A stretch of DNA of 64,000 bases from Candidatus Yanofskybacteria bacterium RIFCSPLOWO2_02_FULL_41_13 (GCA_001795735.1 MGKQ01000001.1:14808-78807); one strand, 5' to 3'. Positions 1 through 9,528 are shown, numbered from the stretch's first letter. The notes: generated by a model from the sequence alone, not told the origin. A program made the numbers and translations.

Positions 1-315
1 GAACATCTGGAAAATTTTTCTCCCGCCCTAGATCACATCCTAGCAAGCACCAAGAAGATAATCATAGCCAGAACTTATCTCGGCGAAAAACAAGAACGGG
101 ATATTATGCTTAAAGAGCATAGCCAATATCCCTACCCTATGAATCAGTATTCTTTTTTGGATATCTTTAGAACATTCGCCAAATATAACTTTGAAGCGAA
201 GATAGTTCGCGATCGTTACACTGATTCCCTGCCCTATTATGTCCCTTTTGAAACCGTACCCGGACAGGGTTTGGTTAGAACTCAATATGTAATAGTAGGC
301 CGTAAAACAAAATGA
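1..315 (+). CDS. 5'-truncated ORF, probably C-terminus of a class I SAM methyltransferase
   Basis: Frame is open from base 1 (EHLENFSPALDHILAS...) into ORF 106..315; EHL motif; stop overlaps next ATG. Confidence 0.5.
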   Translation, partial: EHLENFSPALDHILASTKKIIIARTYLGEKQERDIMLKEHSQYPYPMNQYSFLDIFRTFAKYNFEAKIVRDRYTDSLPYYVPFETVPGQGLVRTQYVIVGRKTK

Positions 316-992
316 GACAAAGTTATACCTCAGTAGTTTATAACGAAACGAGAACACCAATAACCAAATACCCGGACCAACTGGCCGGTTACCTTATTCA
401 TAGGTTCGAATTAAAACCGGGTAATCGTCTTTTGGAACTAGGCTGTGGACGGGGCGATTTTATATCCGCCTTTAAACGAGCCGGCCTTAGCTGCGCCGGG
501 GTAGACAGAGAACCAGCAAGTATCCCCGGAATAGAAGTAAGAAAATGTGATCTATCCAAAGATCCCCTGCCATTTGAAGACGAAAGCTTTGATGTAGTTT
601 ATCACAAATCAGTTATTGAACACCTTTATCAGCCAGACCACATAATGGACGAAACCTACCGGATTCTAAAGAAAGGAGGAAAGTTAATTTTCCTAACCCC
701 CGACTGGGAAAGGCAACTAAAAACTTTTTATGAAGATATCACTCACTGCCGGCCGTATAACGTCACGGCCGTAAAAGACACTCTTTCTATGTGGGAAATG
801 CAAGATATATTGGCCGAAAAGTTTTATCAATACCCGCTATTTTGGCGCTGGCCCATCTTGAAATTTTTAGGCCTATTATTTAACCCCTTTATTTCCGTTA
901 AGCTGGCTCGCTGGTATACTCGTAAAACAAACAAGAAATTTTTTCAATTCTCCATAGAAACAATGGTTCTCGGATACGGTAAAAAGAAGTGA
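312..992 (+). CDS. Class I SAM-dependent methyltransferase
   Basis: LLELGCGRG motif I, LPFEDESFDVV, IEHL, LKKGG. Confidence 0.9.
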   Translation: MRQSYTSVVYNETRTPITKYPDQLAGYLIHRFELKPGNRLLELGCGRGDFISAFKRAGLSCAGVDREPASIPGIEVRKCDLSKDPLPFEDESFDVVYHKSVIEHLYQPDHIMDETYRILKKGGKLIFLTPDWERQLKTFYEDITHCRPYNVTAVKDTLSMWEMQDILAEKFYQYPLFWRWPILKFLGLLFNPFISVKLARWYTRKTNKKFFQFSIETMVLGYGKKK

Positions 993-996
993 TATC

Positions 997-1112
997 AATA
1001 TGCAAATGAATTATGCCAATATGCAAATGTAATGCGAATGCCGCGAATATGCAAATACTACATTAATGTAATTCGCAATTCGTAGATTCGCATTAGATTC
1101 GTAGATTTGCAT
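997..1112. repeat. Intergenic inverted array of ATGCRAAT-like / ATTYGYA units around palindrome TACATTAATGTA
   Basis: About 6 ATGCAAAT/GCGAAT-like units, central palindrome 1059-1070, then 5 ATTCGCA/ATTCGTA/ATTTGCA units. Confidence 0.85.
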
Positions 1113-1113
1113 C

Positions 1114-2715
1114 ATGACTATTAACTTTAATTCTCCGAACTACCTACCAAATTCAGAACAACGACTAGAGCATCTCCGTCGTATTATTAATGGACGCCCG
1201 GTAGCTATTTTGGTCGCCGGCCCTTCGATTAGTGAACTGGAAGAAAGGATCGGCGAACTCTCCCAAGCGGATATTTGTTACTTCGGAATGAACAATTTTT
1301 TTGTTCAGGAAAATCACATTTTAAAAAAAATAGGCAAACATTTTTCCTTATTGGTTGAAGCTGTCGACAACACCAATAAATCATTCTCTTTGGTCTTCAA
1401 TAGAATTATAGACTTTCTGGACAGAAGTGAGGACAATATGCTTGTTTCTTCCTTTACGAACTTTAAAATATCAGGCCCGAATTTTGATTTCCAAAAATTT
1501 TTGCATAAATATAACAATAAACTTCTTTCCCCCTGCGGCGTTTACGACAGGACCGTACCGAATGATGCCCAGCCCCTGCATCTTATACATGGTAACTCAC
1601 TCTCGTGGCTGATATATTTAGCTATTATCGGCAAAGCCTCCAAAATTAGCCTGTTTGGGGCAGACGGTTACACTAAAAACGAGAATACAAAAAAGACGTA
1701 TTACCGCTCTGAAGAATATGGCACAATGCCCCAGAAACAGCTTATGAATAATACCGATAAAGGCTTCAATCCGGTTGTTCCACTTTCATTACAAAATATT
1801 TATAAAACCTACGATCTTAAACCAATACCAATTTTAAATTGTTCTGAAGTTAGCTTTTTAACTCCCTTTCCGAAGGTCTCATATGATGACGCTTTTAATT
1901 TCCTGCTGGGCATAAAGCACACGCAAGAGATTTCTGATCTGCGTATTCCAACCGCCTCAATTATCATCCCAACCCCGGTAGATGATGAAAAACTAAAGAA
2001 TACTTTGAAAAATATTGCCGAACAGTCTTATTCAAATTACGAGACGGTTATCGTCCAAAAGAGTTCAGATTTCTTGGACGCCATGAAAAAAGCCATATCT
2101 TCGGCCAAGGGAAAATATGTTTTCTACTGTCCGCCGGACAACAGCTATCCGGATATTCATTGGATTAATTCTTGCTTAGAAATACTAGAGAACAGGCCCC
2201 AGATTTCCTTAGTCTGCGGTCTGCCTAAAAATACTGAACGGCCTTGGCCAAAGAAAAAGTTTATATATTACTGGCTCAAGAAAAAAAACTTCTTCCCGCC
2301 GAACATGCTCTGCGTCCGAAAGCAAGTTCTGGAAAAGTTTCTGCTCGAGACTGATATCGTCCGTGCAAATACAGAGTTTGAGAATTGGCTGAACTTTAGC
2401 TTATTTTTTAATATGAGCGGGTACTTGCCGGCTTTTATTCCGACAACTATCGCCAAGCATGATCGGACAAGTGAAGACGATGAATCACTAGATAATTACA
2501 GGCGCCAAGTTAATGACTATAAGAATCGTCTCATCTTTAAAAAGACATCGCATCATTTCAGAGACGGCGACGGCAATATCCTACCGGGCAAATTCTATCT
2601 AAGCATATTTTTACTTTATGGTTTAGCCGAGAAAGTTAACAGTAGGTTGCCTCTTTCCTTGCACACTTACTTAAATATTGCTAAAAATATAGTTAGAAAA
2701 TTTTATCAAAAATAA
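1114..2715 (+). CDS. Fusion of DUF115/Maf-like (sialyltransferase-like) domain and GT2-like glycosyltransferase domain
   Basis: N-half ILVAGPSI...GMNN...ISLFGADG...ILNCS; C-half SIIIPT...QSYSNYETVIV...AKGKYVFY. Confidence 0.65.
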   Translation: MTINFNSPNYLPNSEQRLEHLRRIINGRPVAILVAGPSISELEERIGELSQADICYFGMNNFFVQENHILKKIGKHFSLLVEAVDNTNKSFSLVFNRIIDFLDRSEDNMLVSSFTNFKISGPNFDFQKFLHKYNNKLLSPCGVYDRTVPNDAQPLHLIHGNSLSWLIYLAIIGKASKISLFGADGYTKNENTKKTYYRSEEYGTMPQKQLMNNTDKGFNPVVPLSLQNIYKTYDLKPIPILNCSEVSFLTPFPKVSYDDAFNFLLGIKHTQEISDLRIPTASIIIPTPVDDEKLKNTLKNIAEQSYSNYETVIVQKSSDFLDAMKKAISSAKGKYVFYCPPDNSYPDIHWINSCLEILENRPQISLVCGLPKNTERPWPKKKFIYYWLKKKNFFPPNMLCVRKQVLEKFLLETDIVRANTEFENWLNFSLFFNMSGYLPAFIPTTIAKHDRTSEDDESLDNYRRQVNDYKNRLIFKKTSHHFRDGDGNILPGKFYLSIFLLYGLAEKVNSRLPLSLHTYLNIAKNIVRKFYQK

Positions 2716-2780
2716 ATTAAAAGTGAATTTTAAAACACGTCATAAAAAACTTGTCAATAATTTAATTATCCACTTTTTGC

Positions 2781-2810
2781 TTGACACCTTTTGACACCTT
2801 TTGATACTGT
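2781..2810 (+). promoter_or_regulatory. Promoter overlapped by 3 x 10-bp direct repeat (putative operator)
   Basis: TTGACACCTT-TTGACACCTT-TTGATACTGT; near-identical copy at 24789-24818. Confidence 0.7.
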
Positions 2811-2844
2811 TAATCTGGGTAAGTTATTCTTTCTATTTTTATAT

Positions 2845-2888
2845 TTACCTGTACGGCCCGCTATCATATAAGCGGGCCGTACAGGTAA
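2845..2888. repeat. Perfect 18-bp-stem palindrome (REP-like) in leader of HTH gene
   Basis: TTACCTGTACGGCCCGCT - 8-nt loop - AGCGGGCCGTACAGGTAA. Confidence 0.85.
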
Positions 2889-2903
2889 TAAACCTTTTAA
2901 ATT

Positions 2904-3149
2904 ATGGCTGAAATTAATCCAAACGAAGTCTACACAACAAGCGAGGCTCAATCGCTTCTTAAGATCAGCAACAGCACTATAAAGCGCCTTCTAAAAAGAG
3001 GTGCCATCAAGGCTAATAAAATAGGAGGACAATATCGCGTCATGGGCAAAGAACTTTTGAGACTCCTGTCCCCCACCATAGAAAGACGGGCAGTAGAAAC
3101 CTATCAACGCTTAAAGAAAAAAGTTAAAAGAAAAATTAAAACCTGGTAA
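2904..3149 (+). CDS. Excisionase-like / HTH_17 DNA-binding protein
   Basis: VYTTSEAQSLLKISNSTIKRLLKRGAIKANKIGGQYRV matches the excisionase/MerR-like HTH pattern. Confidence 0.88.
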   Translation: MAEINPNEVYTTSEAQSLLKISNSTIKRLLKRGAIKANKIGGQYRVMGKELLRLLSPTIERRAVETYQRLKKKVKRKIKTW

Positions 3150-3188
3150 GTATTTGTCCGAGAGTGAAATGATCGGTAACAAATACTT

Positions 3189-3480
3189 ACCCCCTCACTC
3201 GAAATATGTATTATTTTTATGTGTTAAAATCAGAAAAAGACAACAATCTATACTTTGGGTATACGAATAATATAAAACAGAGATTTGAGGATCATAACAA
3301 GGGCAAGGTGAGCTCAACGAAGAACAGAAGACCGTTAACCTTGCCCTATTATGAAGCATACGAGTCAGAGAAAGATGCCAGGAACAGAGAACTACAAATT
3401 AAACGTAGAGCAAAAGCTTTTATTAGCTTAAAGCGAAGGATCATATATAGCATTATCTAATTTATTTCGAGTGAGGGGGT
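3189..3480 (+). mobile_element. Inverted-repeat-bounded GIY-YIG cassette 1
   Basis: Perfect 18-bp IR ACCCCCTCACTCGAAATA (3189-3206) / TATTTCGAGTGAGGGGGT (3463-3480) tightly flanking the ORF. Confidence 0.7.
3206..3460 (+). CDS. Small stand-alone GIY-YIG nuclease (UPF0213/SLX1-like)
   Basis: YFYVL...LYFGYT...RFEDHN...YYE...ARNRELQIK. Confidence 0.9.
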   Translation: MYYFYVLKSEKDNNLYFGYTNNIKQRFEDHNKGKVSSTKNRRPLTLPYYEAYESEKDARNRELQIKRRAKAFISLKRRIIYSII

Positions 3481-3567
3481 GCTGATAATTACAGCTACTC
3501 GCTTTCAAGGCGAAGATTCACGGGGGGAACTTCCTGGGAATCGCCTCCGCTCGTAGGTAATTATCGC

Positions 3568-4569
3568 ATGATCATAACCCGAACACCCTTTAGAATATCT
3601 TTCTTCGGCGGAGGAACTGACTATCCAACCTGGTACAAAGAAAACGGCGGATCGGTTCTGTCTGCCGCCATAAACAAGTATTGTTACATCACGTGCCGGT
3701 ATTTACCGCCATTTTTTAAATATAAACACAGAATCGTATACAGCCAGATTGAATCAGTAGATAAAATAGACCACATAGATCATCCGTCTGTCAGGGAGAC
3801 GATACGCTTTCTTAATATTGATAAAGGGCTGGAGATACACCACGACGGAGATTTGCCGGCTATGTCCGGGCTGGGATCTAGCTCTTCTTTTACTGTCGGC
3901 CTGATAAATGCTATAAGCGCATTAAATGGCACGCTAAAAACCAAGAGAGAGGTGGCCATGAATGCAATTCATATTGAGCAAAATATGATAAAGGAGAATG
4001 TCGGTTCTCAGGATCAGACAGCAGCGGCTTTTGGCGGACTAAACCGGATAGATTTTGGAGGGGCTAAGGAAATATCGATCAAGCCTCTAGTATTGAGCCC
4101 CAATCGGCTTGAGTCTCTTCAAGACCACCTAATGCTATTCTTTACCGGCTTATCACGAGATGCTTCAAAGATCGCAAAAGAACAGGTAACAAACATTAAA
4201 AATAGGGGCACTGAATTGAAATTGATGCACAGATTAGTTGATGAAGGAGAGGCAATTTTAGCAAACAGCAGAAAGGGATTAGATGAATTTGGAAAACTTC
4301 TGAATGAGGGGTGGAAAATAAAAAAATCATTGTCGTCAAAAATAACAAATCCCTATATTGATGACGTATATAAAGCCGGAATACGAGCCGGAGCGTTAGG
4401 GGGCAAACTGCTTGGTGCGGGAGGGGGAGGATTTATTCTATTCTTTGCAAAACCAGAGACGCATGAAAAAATAAAAAGCAAATTAAAAAATTTGCTTTTT
4501 GTCCCTTTCCGGTTTGACCATCTTGGCAGCCGGATTATATATACCGGGAATGACTTTGAAAAGTTCTAG
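3568..4569 (+). CDS. GHMP sugar kinase, HddA-like (heptose-7-phosphate kinase family)
   Basis: RTPFRISFFGGGTD, PAMSGLGSSS, GSQDQ, GGKLLGAGGGG. Confidence 0.85.
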   Translation: MIITRTPFRISFFGGGTDYPTWYKENGGSVLSAAINKYCYITCRYLPPFFKYKHRIVYSQIESVDKIDHIDHPSVRETIRFLNIDKGLEIHHDGDLPAMSGLGSSSSFTVGLINAISALNGTLKTKREVAMNAIHIEQNMIKENVGSQDQTAAAFGGLNRIDFGGAKEISIKPLVLSPNRLESLQDHLMLFFTGLSRDASKIAKEQVTNIKNRGTELKLMHRLVDEGEAILANSRKGLDEFGKLLNEGWKIKKSLSSKITNPYIDDVYKAGIRAGALGGKLLGAGGGGFILFFAKPETHEKIKSKLKNLLFVPFRFDHLGSRIIYTGNDFEKF

Positions 4570-5348
4570 AGACTCTTGCCCTGGCCTCCATCGATCACTA
4601 TTGAAGCGCCGTTTACTAGCCGTGCCTTGTCCGAGCAGATAAATGCTACGACATTCGCCACTTCTTCGGGTGAACCAAGTCGTCCCAAAGGAAAATTATC
4701 CATAACAAATTTATTGAACTCTTCTGGATTTTCTTTTTGTTTTTTATCCAGTCCCGTGTCAGGTATCATTATCTGTCCGGGAGCAACGCTGTTAAAAGTA
4801 ATTCCATCCCTCACTAAATCATGTTTAACAGCCAAGCTTTTCATGAAGCTTATCTGAGCACTCTTTGCCATACTATACCACGGTCTTCCCCCCGCTTCAC
4901 GCCCGCATATAGATGATATAGTAACTACCCTTCCCCATTTTTCCTTCCTCATAACAGGCAAGCATCGCATTGTAAACCCAATAGCTGCCGTAACATTTTT
5001 GTCATAAACTTCCTTCCACACATTTTCGGAAGTTTTTTCAACATCATCACTGCCCCAGCTTCCTCCTCCACCAACATTATTTATTAAAATATGTAACTTA
5101 CCCCACACACCAATTATCGTGCTCGTCACACGTTCAATATCCCGCGGTTTTGTGACATCCGCCACCAGACCAAGCCCAGTAACACCCTGACCGTTTATTT
5201 CCTCAACTACCTCAGCGACCCTCTCTACATTTCTTGCACAGATAGCTACATTACAGCCCTCTGCTGCCAGAGCAATAGCTATAGCTCGGCCTATCCCGTG
5301 ACTACCGCCGGTTACTAATGCATACTTACCACTTAATCCTAAGTTCAT
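4566..5348 (-). CDS. Short-chain dehydrogenase/reductase
   Basis: TGGSHGIG, NNVG, YSMAK, IDGG; AAGGAGG RBS favours ATG at 5348. Confidence 0.9.
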   Translation of the reverse strand: MNLGLSGKYALVTGGSHGIGRAIAIALAAEGCNVAICARNVERVAEVVEEINGQGVTGLGLVADVTKPRDIERVTSTIIGVWGKLHILINNVGGGGSWGSDDVEKTSENVWKEVYDKNVTAAIGFTMRCLPVMRKEKWGRVVTISSICGREAGGRPWYSMAKSAQISFMKSLAVKHDLVRDGITFNSVAPGQIMIPDTGLDKKQKENPEEFNKFVMDNFPLGRLGSPEEVANVVAFICSDKARLVNGASIVIDGGQGKSL

Positions 5349-5453
5349 GTCCACCTCCTTAAATCGTAAGTTATCAAATAAACTGGCTACACAATAGAAT
5401 ACTATTCTGAGTTTGTCAAAAAAAATAGGCCGCTAGACCTATTTTACTCCATA

Positions 5454-6398
5454 TTATCCAAGCCACTCATATATTCTTGCGACTAACGCATCTCTATCCA
5501 AACGAATCTGGGCATGGACATATTCACGCGTTCCATAAGTAAAACAATCTTCATCTTCAAGGGCAATCCTTTTTAGAGACACGGCTGATAACCCGTAATC
5601 GAATAAAAATTCGCTTATCAGCGAGCCAAGACCACCGATAGGACTATGCTCTTCTAGAGTAACAACTTTTTGACAACCGGTTAGAATTTCTGCCATTAGG
5701 CTAGAATTAAACGGCTTGATACGATACACGTCAACAACTCCGATATCAATTCCCCGAGAATTTAAAATATCTGCAACCGCTAAGGCCCTATGGACCATCA
5801 GCCCCGTTGAGATAATAATTACATCTTTTCCATTTCTGATTTTTGCTAAACCTGCATAAAAATTTTCTTCCCCGGTATAAATTGGCGGAGGATTATCCTT
5901 ATCGAATCGGATGTAAAGAGGTCCGTTAGTGTTTCGATGAGCAATCTCAGGAAAACGAGACAAGCTGACCGTATCAGATGCATTCAAGATCGTCATCCCA
6001 GAGATTGCCCGCAGAATTGATAAATCTTGAACAGCGTGATGTGTAGGTCCGGCATCACCATAAGAATACCCGGCTCCGACTCCCACCAAAGTAACAGGAA
6101 GACCCATTAAGCCTAAATCCACTTTTATTTGCTCATAACATCTCAGGGTAAGAAATGATGCGATTGCATGTACAAAAACTTTTTTACCACCCAAGGTCAA
6201 ACCGGCCGCAACACCTATTAAATTTTGTTCTGCAATCCCGCCATTGATTATCTGGCTGGGTATAGCTTGCTTAAATTTTTCGAAAGTATGAGCTTTCTGG
6301 TCGCCATGTATCAAAACGACACTGCTGTCGGCTAGAGCTAGAGTATATAGCTCCTCAAAAAAGGCATCCCGCATATCTGCGTAGTTTTTAACTTGCAT
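5454..6398 (-). CDS. Transketolase C-terminal (pyrimidine-binding) subunit
   Basis: GIAEQNLIGVAAG, GPTHH, EEHSPIGGLGS; start moved to MQVKN. Confidence 0.9.
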   Translation of the reverse strand: MQVKNYADMRDAFFEELYTLALADSSVVLIHGDQKAHTFEKFKQAIPSQIINGGIAEQNLIGVAAGLTLGGKKVFVHAIASFLTLRCYEQIKVDLGLMGLPVTLVGVGAGYSYGDAGPTHHAVQDLSILRAISGMTILNASDTVSLSRFPEIAHRNTNGPLYIRFDKDNPPPIYTGEENFYAGLAKIRNGKDVIIISTGLMVHRALAVADILNSRGIDIGVVDVYRIKPFNSSLMAEILTGCQKVVTLEEHSPIGGLGSLISEFLFDYGLSAVSLKRIALEDEDCFTYGTREYVHAQIRLDRDALVARIYEWLG

Positions 6399-7221
6399 TT
6401 TCGTTCTCCTGATATGTAAGTTCCTGCCTAGCCTTAGCAGCAAATTCGCCCTTGGGTGCACCGTGATGCCAATTAGAGTTGTTCTCCATGAACGAAACCC
6501 CCTTGCCCTTTATGGTTTCGGCTATTATAGCCGTGGGCTTATCCGTTGGTTGTTTGGCTCTTTCAAAACCCGACAATATATCCTTAAAATTATGGCCGTC
6601 TACTTTTATCGTGCGCCAGCCAAATGCCTGCCATTTGTTTTCCATCAGAGCAGATCCTGAAAAATTCATGGTAAAATCGGAAGCGCCAATTTTATTATTA
6701 TCTATCACGGCAATCAGATTATTCAGTTGATGATTTTGACCAAACATGGCCGCCTCCCAGACAGAGCCCTCATTGCATTCAGCATCACCCAGAATCACTA
6801 CCGTAAGAAAATTACTTTTGTTCATTTTCGCGCTTAGGGCAAGGCCACAGGCAATACTTAATCCATGGCCCAGAGACCCTGAAGAGATTTCTATTCCCGG
6901 TATTAAATGGTCCGGGTGATCTCCAAGTATCGTTCCATTTTTACCACAATTTTCTAATTCCCCAACGTCGAAAAATCCTAAATCTCCTAAAATTGCATAA
7001 AGCCCAAGCATGGCATGGCCCTTACTAAATATCACCCTATCTCTGTTAGTATTATTTTTTAAGAGAGGAGATACGTTCAAAATACCACCATAGTAGAGGG
7101 CAACAAGGATCTCTACGCAAGAAAATGTACCACCTAGGTGGCCCCTGCCGGCACTAATGCACATTTCCAAAGCCTTCCTTCTAACCCAATTCGCCTTCCT
7201 ATCCAGTTCGTCTGTGTTCAT
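6388..7221 (-). CDS. Transketolase N-terminal (ThDP-binding) subunit
   Basis: GHLGG, SKGH, SGSLGHG, GDAECNEG, KGKGVSFMEN. Confidence 0.92.
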   Translation of the reverse strand: MNTDELDRKANWVRRKALEMCISAGRGHLGGTFSCVEILVALYYGGILNVSPLLKNNTNRDRVIFSKGHAMLGLYAILGDLGFFDVGELENCGKNGTILGDHPDHLIPGIEISSGSLGHGLSIACGLALSAKMNKSNFLTVVILGDAECNEGSVWEAAMFGQNHQLNNLIAVIDNNKIGASDFTMNFSGSALMENKWQAFGWRTIKVDGHNFKDILSGFERAKQPTDKPTAIIAETIKGKGVSFMENNSNWHHGAPKGEFAAKARQELTYQENENAS

Positions 7222-7362
7222 CTTTCCCTACCTATTTCTTTTTAAGGATCTTTCGTACAAAAAGCATACTATAGTTTTCAATTAAATCAAGCGGTTAGGT
7301 TGACAAGCATGATAAGATTATTTACTCTCCACTAATGCTTGGTACAAACGAGGGGCAGTAAG

Positions 7363-8481
7363 ATGACAAATAATACCAAAGCTCTTTACAAATCTAGGAC
7401 TGATTTCCAACCACAACTTGATACTTTTAAGCGTCGAACTTTACGGCAAATGGAGAATGTGCAAACACCCTATTACCCGATTTGTGTTAAGGATCTGATT
7501 AGCATAAAGGTATGCCCTTTGTGCCGTAATTCTCACATCGTTCCGATTGCCCAGGTATATTTAAAAGATAGGTTTACTTTTTTTTCTACCGGCGTATGCC
7601 AAAGTTGCGGATTTGTATTCCGAACAATATCGCCATCCTATGCCTGGTTTCAAAAACGCTGGCGACAAATAAGGACCGACTCCCTTGAACCATTTAATCC
7701 AGCAATAGAAAAAATCCGAAGGCGCCGTTACATGCAATACCTGCGTCTTATCCGAAAATATAAACCTTCCGGCAGCCTATTGGATATAGGCGCGGCAAAT
7801 GGAACCGGGTCTGCCTTACTTCACGAATACGGCTATGATGTTAACTGCATTGAACCGGAAGACAACAAAGCTCTAATCATTACAAACAAGCATGGGCTTC
7901 CCTTGGTTGCAAATGATATCGAAAAATTCTTGAACCGTACGAGTATAAAACAATACGACGTGGTTGTATTCGCTCACTGCCTAGAACACTTGGATAATCC
8001 AGTCAAGGTCATGCGTAAAATCAGACGTGCCATAAAGCCTGACGGCCTTCTGTATCTGGAAGTACCCATAATGAAAAATTTTGTCACCTGGAGCGATGCG
8101 CTGTATCTGACGCACAAAAGTAACTTCACAAAAGAGACACTTACATATCTGACTGAAACTTGCGGATTTGAAACTTTAGAAACAAGACGTTTCCGCCACA
8201 GCCGAAGCGAACCATTGGACTTCGGCATGGTGCTCCGGCCGATACAAAATACTTTCAAATCAATAAAATCAATAAAAAAAATTACTGCCAAAGACATCAT
8301 TACCATATGTAACCTGTATCGGCGCGGTCTGCCGCCGGCTTTCAGAAATTTTCCGGCTAAAATTCTGCGTTACGAAGTTAATGCAATTGAGCAATTTTAC
8401 TGCACACTCCGCCTCGATCATAAATCTCTAAAAGTACCCGCCGATCCGAATGGCGCTATTACCTTTGAACAGCACTCATAA
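7363..8481 (+). CDS. Class I SAM methyltransferase with N-terminal Zn-ribbon
   Basis: CPLC...CQSCG, LLDIGAANG, HCLEHL, LYLEVP; start after GAGGGG RBS. Confidence 0.8.
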   Translation: MTNNTKALYKSRTDFQPQLDTFKRRTLRQMENVQTPYYPICVKDLISIKVCPLCRNSHIVPIAQVYLKDRFTFFSTGVCQSCGFVFRTISPSYAWFQKRWRQIRTDSLEPFNPAIEKIRRRRYMQYLRLIRKYKPSGSLLDIGAANGTGSALLHEYGYDVNCIEPEDNKALIITNKHGLPLVANDIEKFLNRTSIKQYDVVVFAHCLEHLDNPVKVMRKIRRAIKPDGLLYLEVPIMKNFVTWSDALYLTHKSNFTKETLTYLTETCGFETLETRRFRHSRSEPLDFGMVLRPIQNTFKSIKSIKKITAKDIITICNLYRRGLPPAFRNFPAKILRYEVNAIEQFYCTLRLDHKSLKVPADPNGAITFEQHS

Positions 8482-8484
8482 CAT

Positions 8485-8508
8485 ACCGCCATAATTATGG
8501 CGGTTTTT
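8485..8508 (+). terminator. Intrinsic terminator abutting the next -35 box
   Basis: ACCGCCAT/ATGGCGGT stem plus T-run; TTGACA 8507-8512 and TATCTT 8530-8535. Confidence 0.75.
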
Positions 8509-8568
8509 GACATGCTATAAAAAATAGTTTATCTTAATGCCAAGCAAAAAACGAATTGGGAGGTTATC

Positions 8569-9528
8569 TTGCCTAAACTGCTATTGGACCTTTACAAAAA
8601 GATGTATTTGATTCGAGAAGCCGAAGCAGAAATACGCAGAGAATACAATAATGACGAAATGAAAACTCCAATGCATATGTCGTTGGGCAGTGAAGCTATT
8701 GTTGTGGGTGTATGCCATGCTCTACCTGAAAGTAATCACGTATACGGGACATACCGGAGCCACGCACTATATCTTGCTTTGACCGGCGAAACAGATAAAT
8801 TCTTTGCTGAAATGTACGGTAAGGCAACGGGCTGCGCCAAGGGTAAGGCCGGTTCGATGCACTTGTCATCACCGGAGCATGGCCTAATGGCCACATCGGC
8901 TGTTGTGGCGACAACTATCCCTTGGGCTTTGGGAGATGCTTTTCAGGCAGTTTATAGCAACATTAACCGAATTACCGCTGTTTTTTTTGGAGATGGCGCG
9001 ACCGATGAAGGCGTATTTTGGGAAACTTTAAATGCGGCCTGTCTAATGAAGCTGCCGATTCTATTTGTCTGTGAAGATAACGGACTGGCCATTCATACAT
9101 CAACTGAACAACGCCGAGGATACGATTCTTTAACGGATATAGTTAAGAAATTCAGATGCAACGTTTTGGAGGGTACCGGCAACGACGTCGTAGAAGTATA
9201 TGCTATGGCGAATAAGACAATTAATTATATTATAACAGATAAAAAACCGTCCTTCCTTTGTTTGAAATATTACAGATATCTTGAGCACGTCGGCGTCAAT
9301 GAAGATTTTAACGCCGGTTATAGGTCTAGAGAAGAGTTATTAAAATGGCTGGAGAAAGATCCGCTATACATACACCGCTTAAAGCTTACAGATCTCGGAT
9401 ACACTGACGAGGTGGAGGAGATTGAAAAACAAATCCGTGAACAGGTTCTTGCAAGCAGAATTAAAGCTCAGGAAGCGCCTTTTCCGGATAAAGATGAATT
9501 GATGAAGGGGGTTTTTTATGGAGAATAA
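8569..9528 (+). CDS. ThDP-dependent dehydrogenase E1 alpha-like subunit
   Basis: YRSH, GKAGSMH, GDGA..EG, CEDN; TTG start after GGGAGG. Confidence 0.9.
   Translation: MPKLLLDLYKKMYLIREAEAEIRREYNNDEMKTPMHMSLGSEAIVVGVCHALPESNHVYGTYRSHALYLALTGETDKFFAEMYGKATGCAKGKAGSMHLSSPEHGLMATSAVVATTIPWALGDAFQAVYSNINRITAVFFGDGATDEGVFWETLNAACLMKLPILFVCEDNGLAIHTSTEQRRGYDSLTDIVKKFRCNVLEGTGNDVVEVYAMANKTINYIITDKKPSFLCLKYYRYLEHVGVNEDFNAGYRSREELLKWLEKDPLYIHRLKLTDLGYTDEVEEIEKQIREQVLASRIKAQEAPFPDKDELMKGVFYGE

Noticed and set aside
997..1112. Possible CRISPR array
   Set aside because: Units are 6-9 bp with no unique spacers, and there are no cas genes.
2904..3149. Prophage or ICE excisionase
   Set aside because: No integrase, att site or phage genes; better read as a regulator.
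3144..3568. Group I intron with GIY-YIG homing endonuclease
   Set aside because: The region is intergenic, no P/Q/R/S core is recognisable, and the ORF lacks the DNA-binding tail of homing enzymes.
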